The translations under genes and the position numbers were made by a program. Positions 29,208 to 38,532 of a DNA stretch of 64,000 nt are shown here, piece by piece. The stretch is taken from NCBI GenBank assembly GCA_963555815.3, contig CAUVWX020000001.1:864001-928000 (forward strand). The letters run 5' to 3'. Positions within the stretch are counted from its first letter, which is position 1. Each line of letters begins with the position of its first letter. This stretch comes from a bacterium (GTDB lineage Bacteria; UBA8248; JACPRG01; G963555815). Under the pieces are notes generated by a model. It was not told the origin of the DNA. It did not search any database and saw nothing but the letters and a program-made list of their open reading frames with translations.

Positions 29208-30686
29208 ATGACCCTCCTGTTGGAAAATGGTTTTGTCCTGACCCTCAATGACCGGGGGGACATCTTCCCCCGGGGGTCTATCCTCGTTCAGAGCGGGGAG
29301 GTCGTCTCCGTGGGCGCGGAGGTGGACCTCACTGGATTCGACGTGAAAGAGCGGATCGACTGCCAGGGGGGGATCGTCCTTCCAGGCCTCACCAACGCCC
29401 ACTGCCACCTGGAAGAGCTGGTCCAGCGGAGCATGCACCACGGTCTTCCCATGGAGGTCTGGCTGCCTTACAAAGACAGTGTCTTCGACTACCTCTCCCT
29501 TTCCCCCGAAGAGATGGAGATGGTCCTGACGTTCGCCTGCGCAGAGATGCTCCGGCACGGAGGGACCTCCGTCCTGCACCATTTTTCAGCGGGCCCCCGG
29601 CCCAACCCAGCCTGGGTGGAGGCGGCGCTTCGGGCCTTTCAAAGGACCGGCGTGAGGGCTGTCCTGACCCCCATGCTCCAGGACCGGGCCATGCGGGACA
29701 CCCTGCCTCTTAACCTTTCCTCTCTTCCGTCCGGTCTTCGAGCGAGGCTGGAGGCCGAAAGGCCGCCCCAGACAGAGGCCCTCCTGGAGTGGGCCGGGGA
29801 CTTTGTCAAGGGAAGCTGGCAGGGGGGACGGGTGCGCCCCGGGCTTGGGCCCTCGGCGCCTCAGCGCTGCTCGGACGCCCTCCTGGCGGGATGCCGGGAC
29901 CTCATGGAGCGCCACGACGTCCTCTTCCATACCCACCTTCTGGAGACTCGGGTCCAGGTCCATCATGCCAAAAAATTCTATGGCGGATCTTACGTTGAGC
30001 ATCTGGACCGGCTCGGCCTGCTTTCGGAGCGCACCTCCTTCGCCCACTGTGTGTGGTTGAGCGACGACGAAGTTTCACTCCTCGGGAAGCGGTCGGCCCG
30101 CGTCGTCCATAACCCCGCCTCGAATCTGAAGCTGGGAAGTGGGATCGCTCCCCTTCGAAAGATGCTCTCGGCCGGGATCCCGGTGGGCCTTGGCGTGGAT
30201 GGAGGGGACTCGAGCGATTCCGGAAGCGTCTTTGACCAGGTGAGGCTCGCCGCCCTCATCCATAACGTGACTACAGCGGAGCCAGAAGACTGGATTGAGC
30301 CCGTGGAGGTCCTTCGGATGGCGACCCGCGGGGGGGCCGCGGTGCTGGGTCAGGAAGAAAAGCTTGGATCTATCGAGCCCGGAAAGCGCGCCGATCTTAT
30401 CCTCCTGGACCGGTCCTGGAACTATCTCCCCTCCCTCGACCCGCTCTCCCAGGTGGTCTTCAACGAGCACGGAGACTCGGTCCGCACCGCCCTTGTCGAT
30501 GGCGAGGTTGTGATGAAGGATGGGAAAGTCCTGGGCATCGACGAGGCGGGCCTTCGGGAGGCCATGGAGGGGATAGGGTCGCGGCTGAGAGGCCATGAGC
30601 AGGAAGCGACGGCCTGGGCGGAAATTCTAAGGCCCCACCTCCTCTCCATGCACCGTGAAGCTTGCCGTTCTCTGGGAGAAGAGTAG
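29208..30686 (+). CDS. Metal-dependent amidohydrolase (MtaD/AtzA-like deaminase)
   Basis: PGLTNAHCH, HTHLLET, AHCVWL, HNPASNLKLGSG, GLGVDG, GSIEPGKRAD. Confidence 0.9.
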   Translation: MTLLLENGFVLTLNDRGDIFPRGSILVQSGEVVSVGAEVDLTGFDVKERIDCQGGIVLPGLTNAHCHLEELVQRSMHHGLPMEVWLPYKDSVFDYLSLSPEEMEMVLTFACAEMLRHGGTSVLHHFSAGPRPNPAWVEAALRAFQRTGVRAVLTPMLQDRAMRDTLPLNLSSLPSGLRARLEAERPPQTEALLEWAGDFVKGSWQGGRVRPGLGPSAPQRCSDALLAGCRDLMERHDVLFHTHLLETRVQVHHAKKFYGGSYVEHLDRLGLLSERTSFAHCVWLSDDEVSLLGKRSARVVHNPASNLKLGSGIAPLRKMLSAGIPVGLGVDGGDSSDSGSVFDQVRLAALIHNVTTAEPEDWIEPVEVLRMATRGGAAVLGQEEKLGSIEPGKRADLILLDRSWNYLPSLDPLSQVVFNEHGDSVRTALVDGEVVMKDGKVLGIDEAGLREAMEGIGSRLRGHEQEATAWAEILRPHLLSMHREACRSLGEE

Positions 30687-30795
30687 TCGGCGATATGTCC
30701 TCAAGAGAAGGAGAAATTTCTGGGCGTTCATTTATATTATAATAAACGCGATTTTCAACCTATGGTCTTGGCCCAATCCTGTGAAGGGTAATGCC

Positions 30796-32283
30796 ATGGA
30801 CTTTCTACGAAGGAGCCTCGCAGCCCCCCTGCTTACTGCGGGTCTGCTTTTTCTTTCGTCCTGTTCAGACTCAGGCAAAAACTCGGAAGCCCTTGAAGAA
30901 GCAACGCAGCTCGATGCGGAGGTGATACACCTCTACGAAGAGGGCGATTATCTACAGGCGGCCTTCTTTGCGAGACGCGCTCTGGGTCTCCGCGAGGAGG
31001 CCCTCGGTCCCGACCATCCCGATGTGGCCAAGAGCCTCAACAACCTGGCCGGGGTGTATGACGTTCAGGGCAACTACAAGGAATCGCAGCCGCTCCACGA
31101 GCGTGCGCTCGCTATTCGTGAGGAATCCCTCGGACCCGATCATTCCGACGTCGCCGAAAGCCTGAACAACCTGGCTACCCTCTATCACGCCCGGCGTCGC
31201 TACGCCGAGGCTGAGCCGCTCTACCAGCGTGCGCTCGCCATCCGCGAGAGGGCCCTTGGTCCTGAGCATCGCCTGGTGGCCGAGAGCCTCAACAACCTGG
31301 CCGAGGCCTACCGCGCCCAGCGCGCCTACGACGAGGCCGAGCCTCTCTATCAGAGGGCGCTGGCCATTGTCGAGAAAGACCTCTCCCCCGAGCACCCATT
31401 TGCGGGCGGGATTCTCAACGGCCTGGGCTCGGTTTACGATGCGCAGGGCCGCTACAGTGAAGCTGAACCGCTCTACCGAAGATCGCTGGTCATTGTCCAG
31501 AAAGCCTTCGGACTAAATCATCCCCATGTGGCCACTGCCCTCGACAGGCTGGCCAGTGTCTACGTGGCCCGGGGGCGCTTTGAATCGGCCGAGCCCCTCT
31601 ACCAGCGTGCACTTGCCATCCGAGAGCAGGCCTTTGGCCGCGAGAATCTCCATGTGGCCCGGACCCTGATCCGTATGGCCGAGCTCTCTCAGGCGAAAAG
31701 CAACTTCAGGACGGCCGTGATCCTTCATCAGCGCTCCTTGTCCATCATTGAGGGGGTCCGCGGGCCTGAGCATCCTGAGGTGGCCGAGAGGCTCAATGAG
31801 TTGGCCAAACTACACCGGATCCAGGGCCGCTACGATGAAGCCGAACCGCTCAATCAACGTGCGCTCGACATTTGGGAAAAAGCCCTGGGGACAGGGCATC
31901 CCCAGGTGGCTACGGGCCTCAACGACTTGGCCTTGATCTACAAGGCCCAGCAACGCCACGTCGAGGCTGAGCCGCTCTACCAGCGTGCGCTCGGCATCCT
32001 CGAGCAAGCCTTTGGTCTCGAGCATCCCGAAGTGGCCACGGGCCTCAACAACCTGGCCGGGCTCTATCAGACCCAGGGCGACTACGCGAAGGCCGAACCC
32101 CTCTACCGGCGTGCGCTCGGCATCCTCGAGAGAGCGGTGGGGCCCGACCACCCGAACATCATTAAGACCCTCAGCAACATGACCGGTCTCTACCAGCAGA
32201 TGGGGAGGCTGGAGCAGGCCACCGAGTTCGCGACCCGAGAACAGCAGATGCGGGAGAGGCTGGGGCTGACGCAGGGGAGCTGA
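30796..32283 (+). CDS. Lipoprotein with about 11 42-aa TPR repeats (kinesin-light-chain type)
   Basis: Lipobox LSSC; repeats HPxVAxxLNNLAxxYxxQGxYxxAEPLYQRALAIxE with a 126-nt period; no catalytic domain. Confidence 0.9.
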   Translation: MDFLRRSLAAPLLTAGLLFLSSCSDSGKNSEALEEATQLDAEVIHLYEEGDYLQAAFFARRALGLREEALGPDHPDVAKSLNNLAGVYDVQGNYKESQPLHERALAIREESLGPDHSDVAESLNNLATLYHARRRYAEAEPLYQRALAIRERALGPEHRLVAESLNNLAEAYRAQRAYDEAEPLYQRALAIVEKDLSPEHPFAGGILNGLGSVYDAQGRYSEAEPLYRRSLVIVQKAFGLNHPHVATALDRLASVYVARGRFESAEPLYQRALAIREQAFGRENLHVARTLIRMAELSQAKSNFRTAVILHQRSLSIIEGVRGPEHPEVAERLNELAKLHRIQGRYDEAEPLNQRALDIWEKALGTGHPQVATGLNDLALIYKAQQRHVEAEPLYQRALGILEQAFGLEHPEVATGLNNLAGLYQTQGDYAKAEPLYRRALGILERAVGPDHPNIIKTLSNMTGLYQQMGRLEQATEFATREQQMRERLGLTQGS

Positions 32284-32445
32284 GCGAAACCCGGGACAGG
32301 ACGGAAGACGAATGGTTGTCCTCTTTGCGGCTTAACTCCTCCGTCCAACCAGGAGAGTTGACGGAAAGCCCGGCGCCTTGGGCTGGTGCTCTCCGGACCC
32401 GTCAGGGAAACGCAAGTAATCTTATATCGTGTTGGCTGTAGGGCG

Positions 32446-33099
32446 ATGGCCGAGGACATCTTTCCAGAGCAAGAGTTCACCCACGAGAGCCGCTCTCCTT
32501 CTCAGATCCCCATCTTCCCCCTTCCCAGCGTGGTCCTCTTCCCCAACATGATGCTCCCTCTCCACATCTTTGAGGCCCGATACCGGAAGATGGTGAATGA
32601 CTGCCTGAATGGGGAGCACTATCTGGGGATGATCCTCCTTAGAGAAGGATGGGAAAGGGCGGAGATCGACTACTTTGACGTCGGCGGGTTGGGGGTCATC
32701 ACGCATGTCTTGAAGCACCCCGGGGGCAATATGGACATCGTCCTTCGAGGCCTTAGCCGGTACCGCGTAAAATCCTTTGTCCAGCAAAAACCCTACCTCA
32801 TCGGTGAGATCGAGGTTCTGGAGGAGGAGTGGGAGGATTCGCCCGCCTTGGGGATGGCGACCGACCACATGGTGGAGCTCTTTCGCAGAAGCCTCGAAAA
32901 GAAGTCAGAGGAAGTGCGAGAGAAAATCCTATCCCAGGTGAACCTCTTGGAGAGTCCCGTGGACCTCTCGAACTACCTCGCCTCGGTCCTGGACATCGAT
33001 GTCTATAAGAAGCAGGATCTGCTTCAGGCCCCCACGGTCCGGGAGCGAGTCCGGCTCCTCACCTCCTTCCTCAAGGGAGAGGTGGCATCGTTCAACTGA
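32446..33099 (+). CDS. LON peptidase N-terminal (substrate-binding) domain protein
   Basis: IPIFPLPSVVLFP, LPLHIFEARYRKMV, KQDLL...ERVRLL; no AAA or protease domain. Confidence 0.88.
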   Translation: MAEDIFPEQEFTHESRSPSQIPIFPLPSVVLFPNMMLPLHIFEARYRKMVNDCLNGEHYLGMILLREGWERAEIDYFDVGGLGVITHVLKHPGGNMDIVLRGLSRYRVKSFVQQKPYLIGEIEVLEEEWEDSPALGMATDHMVELFRRSLEKKSEEVREKILSQVNLLESPVDLSNYLASVLDIDVYKKQDLLQAPTVRERVRLLTSFLKGEVASFN

Positions 33100-33165
33100 G
33101 CCCAGATCACCCCTGAGGGGGTGCCGTTCCCGCCAGGGCCCTTTTCTTTGCGGGGTGGAGGGTGG

Positions 33166-33609
33166 ATGAGAGCAGTCGTCCAGAGGGTTGCCCGGGCCGC
33201 CGTCCTGGTGTCCCAGGAGAGACGGGCCGCTATCGGTCCGGGCCTCCTCGTCCTCCTGGGTGTCCGGGAGGGAGATGAGGAAAAGGACGCCATCTTTTTG
33301 GCCAAGAAGATTGCTCACCTTCGGGTCTTCGAAGACGAGGCGGGGAAGTTCAACCGCTCTCTCCTGGAGGTCCAGGGAGAGGCCCTCGTCGTCCCCCAGT
33401 TCACTCTCTACGGAGACTGCCGAAAGGGAAGACGCCCCTCTTTCATCCAGGCCGCCCAGCCGCCTCTCGCCGAGAGGCTCTATGAGGGTTTTGTCGAGGT
33501 CCTTCGCGCCGAGGGGGTCCCGACGAAGACGGGGGTCTTCGGAGCCCGCATGGATGTCGAGCTCACGAACCAGGGCCCTGTTACTCTCTTTCTGGAGAGC
33601 GGATCTTGA
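33166..33609 (+). CDS. dtd: D-aminoacyl-tRNA deacylase
   Basis: [39 protein letters not shown]. Confidence 0.95.
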   Translation: MRAVVQRVARAAVLVSQERRAAIGPGLLVLLGVREGDEEKDAIFLAKKIAHLRVFEDEAGKFNRSLLEVQGEALVVPQFTLYGDCRKGRRPSFIQAAQPPLAERLYEGFVEVLRAEGVPTKTGVFGARMDVELTNQGPVTLFLESGS

Positions 33610-34424
33610 CTGTCCCTCTCAAGGACCATCTTGATTCTCTCTACCGGACTTTTGACCGGCGGTTTTTGTCGCCCGACCCCTTGGAGGTCGTCCACCGTTA
33701 CCGCCGCCCTGAGGATCGGGAGGTGGTGGGTTTTCTCGCCTCGGCCCTCGCTTACGGTCATGTGGACCAGATCCTAAAAAGCCTCCATTGGGCCCTCGCC
33801 CTGATGCAGAAGGGGGGGGCAAGACCCCATGAGTTTGTGATGGGGTTTTCACCGAGGCGGGACGCCCGAAAATTTTCGGGCTTCTATCACCGATTCAACC
33901 GGGGAGAGGACCTGGCCTGCCTCATCTACTATCTGCAGCAGGCCATCGGAGAGGCGGGCTCGCTGGGGCGTTTCTTCCTTCGCGGATACCGGCCCAAGGA
34001 GCCGACCGTTGGCCCGGCCTTGAGCCGCTTCGTCCAAAATATTCTGTCCCTGGACCGGGGGCCTTTTTACCGGAATGGGAAACGAAAACTCCCGCCCGGG
34101 GTCGGGGTTCGCTTCTTCCTTCCATCGCCCGAGAGCGGAAGCGCCTGCAAACGCCTCAATCTCTTTCTTCGATGGATGGTGCGAAGGGAAGATGGGCTTG
34201 ATTTCGGCCAGTGGAAAGGGGTCTCGCCGGCGAAGCTCATCATCCCCCTCGATGTGCATGTGGCGAGGGTCTCCCGCCATCTCGGCCTGACCGATCTAAA
34301 GAGCCCCTCCTGGCGGATGGCGGAGGACGTGACGGCCACCCTTCGGTCCTTTGATCCCGAGGATCCGGTCAAATACGACTTTGCCCTCTTCCGTCTCGGC
34401 GTCCTCGGCCAGTTCCCCCGGTGA
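33606..34424 (+). CDS. TIGR02757 (DUF2400) family protein
   Basis: [56 protein letters not shown]. Confidence 0.88.
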   Translation: MTVPLKDHLDSLYRTFDRRFLSPDPLEVVHRYRRPEDREVVGFLASALAYGHVDQILKSLHWALALMQKGGARPHEFVMGFSPRRDARKFSGFYHRFNRGEDLACLIYYLQQAIGEAGSLGRFFLRGYRPKEPTVGPALSRFVQNILSLDRGPFYRNGKRKLPPGVGVRFFLPSPESGSACKRLNLFLRWMVRREDGLDFGQWKGVSPAKLIIPLDVHVARVSRHLGLTDLKSPSWRMAEDVTATLRSFDPEDPVKYDFALFRLGVLGQFPR

Positions 34425-34488
34425 AGGGGCCAGAGGGCCATTTCGCATCTACTGGCTCCATAGGACTCTAACTCTGTTTAAAAGGGAA

Positions 34489-36636
34489 CTATTTGATATA
34501 CCCAAGGGCTTTCAGGCGTTCTAGGGTCTCGGGGTCAAACTCGACGGCCTCCGGGGCCGCAAGTTTCTCCCGGGCCCAGATCTGTTGCTGCCGGTCTTTT
34601 AGGCGTTCCTCTATGGCCTGGGGAAGGGCGCCGTCCCGCTGATAGAGATCCTCTCTCTCCTTTCGATCCTTCGACAGATCAAAGAGCGAATTCCTCTTCA
34701 ATGTCAGGTCTTTCGGATCAAAGAACCCCCCTTTGTATTCCGAGATGAGCTTGAGTTTTTGCCCGTTCGGGTCCAACGAGACGAAGAAGGCGAGAGCGGT
34801 TGTGCCCTCTGGATCTGGGGTTACGTCATTTATGATGGCGGTCACCTCGCCATAAAGCCCCTCTCGATGGGCCTTCCCTTGGATGACGGGAAGAAGGGAA
34901 TTCCCCTGAAACCCTTTGCCGTCTGCCGACATTTCGATCCCCAGGATGTCAAGGATCGTCGGCATGACGTCGATGAGACCCGCCAGATCAGAAAGTTTTA
35001 GCCCTTCCGGGATGGCACCAGGGAATCTTATGAAGAGGGGGATCTTGACCTCCTCGTCAAAGACCGTTCCCCCGTGCTTATAGTTTTTGTGCTCAAAGAA
35101 GGCCTCCCCGTGGTCTGAGGTGATGATGATGAGGGTTTCATCATAAAGACCCCGGGCCTTCAGAAGACGGATGAGCTCGTCCAGATAGGTGTCAAAGAAG
35201 CGGATCTCCCCGTCGTACTGGGCCACCATGTTCTGGAGCCTTCGGGGGTCTAAAGGTGTCGGGGTTCCGAGATCTGGGGGGATCTCCTCATACTCCCCCT
35301 CATAATCCGGATCAAAGAGTTTCTGGTAGCGAGCCGGGGCGCGATAAGGGTCGTGGGGGTCGAAATAGTGAAGGTAGAGAAAGAACTTGTTTTGTCTTGG
35401 GTCATACCCCTGCTGGTCCAGCATGTGGTCCAGGTAGCCCCGCGCGTATTCATACATCCAGTCGGCCTTGCCCACGCGGTCAGCGCCCTCCAGGGGGTCG
35501 ATGGGCCTAAAAAGACCTTTTCGGTTCACGCCCGCCTCATTGATGAGGTACTCCAGGCGCAGATTCACCTCCCGGTCGAGTAGCTCGAAGGCCCAGGGGG
35601 GGAGGCGGGTGAGGAGCTTGAAGAGGTAGAGGCGGTAGGGGGGCTGAAAGTTTCGGGTGTGGAAGCGGTTATAGAGGGCGTTCGTTTGGAGGACATAGTC
35701 AAATCCCTGGGTGTAGTTTTGCTGGCGTGAGACGAACTCATTGGAAGAGATGAAGGCCGTCGTGTAACCGGAGTTACGCAGGACCTCGGCCAGGGTGAGG
35801 GACTCATCCGGAAGGGCGTGGGCCACATGGGTCATCCCGTGGATGGACTCCTGGACGGAGGTGAAGAGCGTTGCGATGGAAGGGATGGTCCAGCTGGCGT
35901 GGGAATAGGCGTTCTCGAAAAGGACCCCTTCTTTGGCGAGGGCGTCGAAGACAGGTGAGGTGGGCCGTTCGTATCCATAGGCCGAGAGGTGGTCGGCCCG
36001 AAGCGTATCCACCAGGATGAGGATAACGTTCGGGGCCCCGGAGAGTTTTGATTCCACGCTCCGCCACCTCTGACCCCGGTGAAGCGGTTCCACGTTCCCG
36101 AAGAAGCCCAGGGCCGAAATGGAAGAAGTGGCTACGAGGGCCACCGCGATTCCCATGGCCCGCGCGAGGTGGACCCTTCTTCGCGCAAACCACCGGTGAA
36201 AGAGCCAGAAGATGAGAACAGCGGCCACGAGGAATCCCAAGTTGAAGACGAGGCTTACGAGGTTTGTCGCTCCGGGCAGAAAACGCTCGTTCACATAACC
36301 CGAAAGGGCCACTTTCAAGAGGAAGATGAAAAAGAGCGACAGGAGAGAAACAAAAAACCCCTGGCGAGGGATCTCTTTTCCCGTCAAAAAAGCCCGAAGG
36401 GCCCAGAAGCTCACGAGCGCCGCTGTCAGAGCGGCCATGACGAAGCCATTCATGAGGCCGGAGACCGCCATCAGGTGGACCATGGCCCAGCGGGTGTAAT
36501 ACAGATCTGGAGGAGAGGCAAGGAGAATGACGACGTAGGGCTCAAGGAGCCCTGCCGATATGCCAAGGAGGGAGCCGACAAGAAGTCCTTGAAGGAGGGT
36601 TCTCCCGCTCAGGACCCCCGCTCGGGGTCTCGCCAT
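34489..36636 (-). CDS. Membrane-anchored sulfatase-like hydrolase/transferase (alkaline phosphatase superfamily)
   Basis: N-terminal TM segments; PNVILILVDTLRADHL, SWTIPSIATLFTS (no CxPxR), HYFDPHDPY, YDGEI, TSDHGE, ERLKALGY. Confidence 0.88.
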   Translation of the reverse strand: MARPRAGVLSGRTLLQGLLVGSLLGISAGLLEPYVVILLASPPDLYYTRWAMVHLMAVSGLMNGFVMAALTAALVSFWALRAFLTGKEIPRQGFFVSLLSLFFIFLLKVALSGYVNERFLPGATNLVSLVFNLGFLVAAVLIFWLFHRWFARRRVHLARAMGIAVALVATSSISALGFFGNVEPLHRGQRWRSVESKLSGAPNVILILVDTLRADHLSAYGYERPTSPVFDALAKEGVLFENAYSHASWTIPSIATLFTSVQESIHGMTHVAHALPDESLTLAEVLRNSGYTTAFISSNEFVSRQQNYTQGFDYVLQTNALYNRFHTRNFQPPYRLYLFKLLTRLPPWAFELLDREVNLRLEYLINEAGVNRKGLFRPIDPLEGADRVGKADWMYEYARGYLDHMLDQQGYDPRQNKFFLYLHYFDPHDPYRAPARYQKLFDPDYEGEYEEIPPDLGTPTPLDPRRLQNMVAQYDGEIRFFDTYLDELIRLLKARGLYDETLIIITSDHGEAFFEHKNYKHGGTVFDEEVKIPLFIRFPGAIPEGLKLSDLAGLIDVMPTILDILGIEMSADGKGFQGNSLLPVIQGKAHREGLYGEVTAIINDVTPDPEGTTALAFFVSLDPNGQKLKLISEYKGGFFDPKDLTLKRNSLFDLSKDRKEREDLYQRDGALPQAIEERLKDRQQQIWAREKLAAPEAVEFDPETLERLKALGYIK

Positions 36637-36944
36637 CGTCGAAGGCCTCCCGTTACAGAAAGTTTTCTATGGCCCAATCACCGCGCCTCAGCGGTTTAAA
36701 CTGAAATCAAAATATAACACACCTTTTATTTTGAAATCTCTCCACGTACTGGCATAGTAATGGGCGATGGGGGGGGTGATGAACGGGCGGTGACCGTAGC
36801 GCATGACTGGCTTGAATCTCCTCAGTTTTTCTTGTCGGAGGAACTCTCGTGAATCCAATGTATCCATCGTGAGTGAATCGAATGCCATCAAAAGAACATC
36901 TAGCTGAAGATTCTAAAGCTAAGCCGAAAAAATTTTCTAGGCCA

Positions 36945-37520
36945 ATGAGAAAGGTCACAGGACCCGCGCTTCTAATTACCTTGGTAGCGCTCTATGGATG
37001 TTCGCCTGCGAGGGTTCTGGTGCCAAAAGGTTCGGAACAAGGGGATCTGTATGAAGAGTTGGCTCAGGTGGAAGACGGACAGTATAAAGTCAGGCACTTC
37101 GAATTTCTGAGCAAAGAAGGTTCGATGACCTATGCCGTGGGCATAGTGAATGTAGACGAAAAGCCACTTCTGAATTTCGTTTTTCAGCACGCCCACCTCC
37201 ATCGGGAGAATGACCTCGGCGTATTGAATTGGGGTGACTTAGAAAAGAGGCTTAGAGATCCAAAGGGTGTTGTTATCAATCCGGTAAAAGGCTACGCAGT
37301 GGGAAATCTGGTCAAATACCACACCAGCTTGAACAGGTGGTATGTGTATCCCATAAAGGAGAAGGGTGACGTTTTAGGCTATTGGCTGACAGTTGATAGC
37401 AACGCTCGTCTTAATAAGAGTCCATGGGGAAGAACGGTTTATTTTGAAATTTCTCCGCACGTTTCGATCATCATGGGTGGTAGTGGACCCAGCGGGGCCG
37501 GGGGTGGAGGCGGCGGATAA
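36945..37520 (+). CDS. Hypothetical lipoprotein (low GC, Gly-rich C-terminus)
   Basis: MRKVTGPALLITLVALYGC lipobox; open 191-aa frame in a visibly AT-richer segment. Confidence 0.65.
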   Translation: MRKVTGPALLITLVALYGCSPARVLVPKGSEQGDLYEELAQVEDGQYKVRHFEFLSKEGSMTYAVGIVNVDEKPLLNFVFQHAHLHRENDLGVLNWGDLEKRLRDPKGVVINPVKGYAVGNLVKYHTSLNRWYVYPIKEKGDVLGYWLTVDSNARLNKSPWGRTVYFEISPHVSIIMGGSGPSGAGGGGGG

Positions 37521-37566
37521 CTCATCTTGGTTTAATAAGATACGATAATTCAGCGGGCTCAGAATT

Positions 37567-38199
37567 TCATTTCTCTGCCAAAAACGAAGACGATAGAAGC
37601 CTCTGCAGGTCTTTTAAGACATCCGCTGTTTCCCAGGTTTCCCCGTGATAGGTGACACGCCAGATCCCTTTTGCGTCGATGAGGGCGAGGACGTAGTTGT
37701 GATCCACCCACCCTCGTTCAATGGGCGTCACATTCACGCCGTAATCCTTCCAGATGGCTTCCAGGGCCTCCCTTGGGCCTGAGAGGAAGCTCCACCCTCT
37801 GAAATCGACCCCGAATTTTTTGCCATATTCCTTGAGGACAGGGGGGTGGTCCACCTCGGGGTCGGTCGTCACCGTGAGGAAGTGAAACGACCCCTCGGGG
37901 ATCTCTCGTTGAAGTGAAGCCAGCTTGGCCGTGACGAAGGGACAGGACTCAGAACAAGAGGAGAAGACGAAATTCACAAGGACGATCCGCCCGCGAAGAT
38001 CCGATAGGGAGAGAGGGCGGCCCTCCTGGTCCAGGATCTGAAATTCGGGCGCCTGGACTTCCTGTACCTCTCGCCAGGCGAAGGGGGCCCCCTTGCTGGA
38101 GGATCCAAAATGCCCAAAGGCAGTCCCCCCGGCGAGGGCGAGCGCGACGATAAGGCTGAGAGGGGCTACGGCAACCCGGAGACAGCCAAACATTCTCAT
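37567..38199 (-). CDS. SCO1/SenC family copper chaperone
   Basis: FSSCSESCP (CxxxC), TTDPEVD, WSFLSG, VDH. Confidence 0.9.
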   Translation of the reverse strand: MRMFGCLRVAVAPLSLIVALALAGGTAFGHFGSSSKGAPFAWREVQEVQAPEFQILDQEGRPLSLSDLRGRIVLVNFVFSSCSESCPFVTAKLASLQREIPEGSFHFLTVTTDPEVDHPPVLKEYGKKFGVDFRGWSFLSGPREALEAIWKDYGVNVTPIERGWVDHNYVLALIDAKGIWRVTYHGETWETADVLKDLQRLLSSSFLAEK

Positions 38200-38531
38200 T
38201 TAAAGCTCCGAACGAACTTCAGAACACTTCTTTGCTCCGTCTCCGTTAAGACAGGACCAAAGGCCGGCATGAGATTTTTTCCTCCGGAGATAATGGCGAG
38301 GAGCTCAGAATCCTGCTTCACGGAGAGGCTCTCCCTGAGGTCAGGCACCCTCACACCGAGAAAGGCCGTCTGGGGACCATCCCCGCCCCCCTGCCGCCCG
38401 TGGCAGGCGAGGCACCTCTGGGCGTAAATCCCGGCCCCCTGCTCGAGTGCCAAGTTTTCGCTGTTGCACCCCACGAGCCATAGAAAGACCGCGACGCTCG
38501 CGGCCATGAATCTTCGGGTTCCCTGGTCCAC
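38196..38531 (-). CDS. Monoheme cytochrome c (probable lipoprotein)
   Basis: LVGC lipobox, CLACHG, GxGDGP, MPAFG; start is GTG 38531 or ATG 38507. Confidence 0.85.
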   Translation of the reverse strand: MDQGTRRFMAASVAVFLWLVGCNSENLALEQGAGIYAQRCLACHGRQGGGDGPQTAFLGVRVPDLRESLSVKQDSELLAIISGGKNLMPAFGPVLTETEQRSVLKFVRSFK

Positions 38532-38532
38532 C

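Noticed and set aside
30990..32170. 126-nt periodic repeats as a CRISPR or non-coding array
   Set aside because: They are degenerate coding TPR repeats with no repeat-spacer structure and no cas genes.
32284..32420. Possible SRP or other ncRNA in the GC-rich intergenic region
   Set aside because: I could not find the conserved SRP domain IV or any tRNA-like motif on either strand.
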